Below, one piece after another: positions 60,813 to 64,000 of a DNA stretch of 64,000 bases. Made by a program: the position numbers and the translations under genes. Under the pieces are notes generated by a model. The model made no database searches, was not told where the DNA came from, and saw only the letters and a program-made list of their open reading frames with translations. Source of the DNA: Podarcis melisellensis (lineage: Eukaryota); assembly GCA_964234715.1 (NCBI GenBank), contig OZ174290.1; one strand, 5' to 3'. Numbering within the stretch: the first letter of the stretch is position 1; each line of letters begins with the position of its first letter.

Positions 60813-61888
60813 TCATAAGGTGTTGAGCAGTTACATTCCTCAGACTTCCATTAGGATGCATAACTAACCCAGCCAGGCAACAGGTATCTGTTGCAAAGCT
60901 CTCAATGCAGAATTACAGTTCTCAGTAATAGTAGCATTTGATAAGGAATTTCCAGCTTACTAGCACACTCTATATCTCCAAGTTAACATATGTTTGGAAG
61001 GCTCTCTTTTGGCCAGCGGACTATTTGGAGGAGAATGTTAAGTTATCAAAGAATAGAGTCAACACTCCAGTATTTTTCCCACATTAAAAGTTAACGCAAG
61101 TTTTGCTTCTTGGAAAAAAACCTGCTCCTTACTTTTTTAATGAAGGCCTAAAATTTGTACATACAAAGTTAGGAGTTTAAGACATATATCAAGGTGCTAC
61201 TATTAAGACTGACCATGGCCAAAAGGTCCCTTACTAGACTAACTCCAGCTGGTTAAATATTTTGGAAGCTTTGGGAGATATGCAAGTCAAAATCAAAACC
61301 ATATATTTTCTAAGTATGCTCAGGCATGGTGGTTTTCATCAGAGTATGCATAGCTGAAGATTAAGCAGGTTTAGTTTTATTTTTCCTCTGAACACCAAAG
61401 ACTGGGTTTGTTCAACTTAATAAATTCTTCCAAGCTGAACTGAACTTCAGATTAAAAGATATGGAGTTGTATTCAACTAGGTTCTGCTCAAAGTAGACCC
61501 ACTGACGATAATAAACCTAAGTTAGGCATGCCCATTCATTTCAATAGGTCTAACTCTGAGTAGCACTAACTTCAGGTATAACCCATTATTTTCACCAAGT
61601 TTAAATGCTGGGACATTTTAATTTTGGGAGGATAATTCATAGGGAATGAATTAACATATTAAAAATGGAGCAGGACCGATCCATAAAGTATACCACCTTT
61701 GTTAAAGGCTTACAAATCTCCCGACTTTCCCCACATCACCCTTTGCCACATTTTAACCAATACACCATCCTTGCCCCCCCCCACTTTATGGACGGTCCCA
61801 CAGGTGGATTCTACTGTCAGAGGTAATGGAGAAGGTGAGTTTACAAGTTGCAATGGGGATAAAGTGGGATAAGGACCCAACACATTCA

Positions 61889-62026
<138 letters not shown>

Positions 62027-62268
62027 TCAATTGCACTCATTAAGGAAAGTACAAACAAATGATTTCAGCTCCTCAACATATGCAAGAGATGTCTGAAAAG
62101 CTGTCTCTTCTCGTTCTCTTTAACACATGATACAGAGAGTTAGCAAAGGCCAGAGCAGCAGCTAGTGGCACTTTATTCTACAGTAATTGTTATTTTGATT
62201 TACTTACTTAACTCCCCAGGTGTGCGAAAAACCAAACTTGACTTTAGGGAAAGTTAGTCTTACTATAC

Positions 62269-62404
62269 CAGGCATGGCCAAACTTGGCCCTCCAGATGTT
62301 TTGGCACTACAATTCCCATCATCCCTAGCTAACAGGACCAGTGCTCAGGGACAGTGGGAACTGTAGTCCCAAAACATCTGGAGGGCCAAGTTTGGCCATG
62401 CCTG
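62269..62404. mobile_element. Palindromic hAT MITE
   Basis: TIR CAGGCATGGCCAAACTTGGCCCTCCAGATG, TSD TACTATAC/TACTATGC. Confidence 0.85.
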
Positions 62405-64000
62405 TACTATGCGGACTCAAATGATCCCCAAGAGTTGACAAACCAAATTGCTTCCTTCTTTTGAAACCATAAACACATTTTTGCCTCATGTACACAAGGA
62501 CCATAAAGAAAAATCTCTGAAAGATGCAATCTTAAAAAAAAAACCACACACACATTGCTTTCAAATTGCTCACATTCAGAAATGTTATTCCAATGAACAA
62601 TAAAAATGTAGCCCATTTTTCAAGTAAAGTAACTTCAACGTAGAGCTCATTTCTTTACACTTCTGCTGTTTTCAGAACCATCAGCAGTGGAACCTGTGCA
62701 ATTCTTTTTGCGGATAAATAACTCTACCAACCCTTTTCGTGTGTGTGAAGAGGCCGATAGCTGCTGCCTGTTTGCCTGAGTCATACCTGCTTAAGCGGTC
62801 TGATTTTCCCCACTGTCAGCAATAAAGTGCTTAGATGTAACTACAAAAAAGAGCAAGATGGTATCCCAGTTTCACCTCCCATACCAATGTAATTGTCAGG
62901 TGAATTTTCTGATCCACAAGTTTGGCTGTTGACAAGAGCCTGGGAGGACACACAGCCTGTAGCAAAACCAGTGCGTCAGGATATTCAGGAAACAGGTTAT
63001 GCCTGCAGTGACAGAACTAGAAGAGTTCTGGGGAGGGAAGCAAGATGGAAGAAATCTCTTCTGGGTTTAAAAGGTCTTAACCTTTGTGGCTTAAAACGAT
63101 GTGGCTTAGAACCCAAATACCTGCTCGACTATCAATCTGCCAGCCCACTGAGATCAGCATCTTCCTCCGGGGTTCCCCACCATCTAAAATGTTTCAGGTC
63201 ATGACCAGAGAGAGCCTTATCAGCAGTGTCTCCTCATCTTTAGAATGCCCTCCCCAGGAAGCACCTTGGCTACCAATCATTTCTGAATGCCAGGCAAAAA
63301 ACGTTTGTTTTCCCAGGCTTTTAAGAACAGCTTGTGTTAGCATATATATAAAATCAAAGTTTTGATCTTACTGTTTATTTGAATGGAATGTTGCTATTTT
63401 AGTTGGTTGCATTTATATGCTTTTTCTTATTTTCTATTTTTAAACATTGTACTTTTATCGTCTCTTACTACTTTTCTGTAGCTGCCCTGGGACCATGCAT
63501 TCAGGATGATTCAGGATATCTATCTATAGATATAGATACGCAACATAAAAAAGATGCACTTCCTTTGTCATTGTACTGCACACTTCAGAAAAAGCAGAGT
63601 GAACCTCCACAAATGAAATTTAGGGTACATGACAGTCACATAGGGTTTTCTAGATGAAGAAGCCCGGCATGTTACCTGACATACCACACCCACGCTATTT
63701 CATGCAACCCTTGAAGTGAGCCAAGTTGTCTATGCTTGTTTTAGGAGTTTTGTGTAAAGCGTCGCTTCTTTACATGTAGTCCAATTAGCGCCCGAATGAC
63801 AGATCCCACTACATGTTGGCTTTTATATTTTCAAAGGGAGAGCAGTGAGTGCATCCACATATACCACCCACGTGGCTTTTGCTGCAAACGGAAATCCCGT
63901 TTTGCCTGCAGCACTGTCCCATCAAATTAAGCTTGCAAAGCTGCTTCCCCAGTTCCCAACTCACAAACTGTAGGACTATGATTCGTTTCATCATGCCCAG

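Overview
Vertebrate nuclear DNA, very probably from a lacertid lizard (Podarcis/Lacerta-like), judged from Sauria/POM SINEs, RTE-BovB, L2, CR1 and squamate MITEs. Five spliced genes were reconstructed exon by exon from GT/AG boundaries and reading phase. They are SGSM2 coding exon 1 (-, gene continues left of the window), complete TNFAIP1 (-, 6 coding exons, 314 aa), complete IFT20 (+, 4 coding exons, 132 aa, head-to-head with TNFAIP1), complete TMEM97/sigma-2 receptor (-, 3 exons, 173 aa) and the last seven coding exons plus 3'UTR of NLK (-, gene continues right of the window). Most ORF-track entries are repeat-derived or spurious. I cannot support a new multi-gene system. The most unusual signals are structural: (1) a Penelope-type hammerhead ribozyme core locked inside a 72-bp hairpin in an NLK intron; (2) a ~245-bp inverted duplication inside the TNFAIP1/IFT20 bidirectional promoter, one arm carrying a twin-primed, 5'-inverted BovB insertion; (3) a fold-back hairpin at a SINE 5' junction; (4) SGSM2 rather than POLDIP2 next to TNFAIP1; (5) tRNA-Lys and tRNA-Ile heads on the same CR1 tail; (6) a 3'-truncated U6 pseudogene. 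Gene and repeat names come from recognising sequence by eye, not from database searches.
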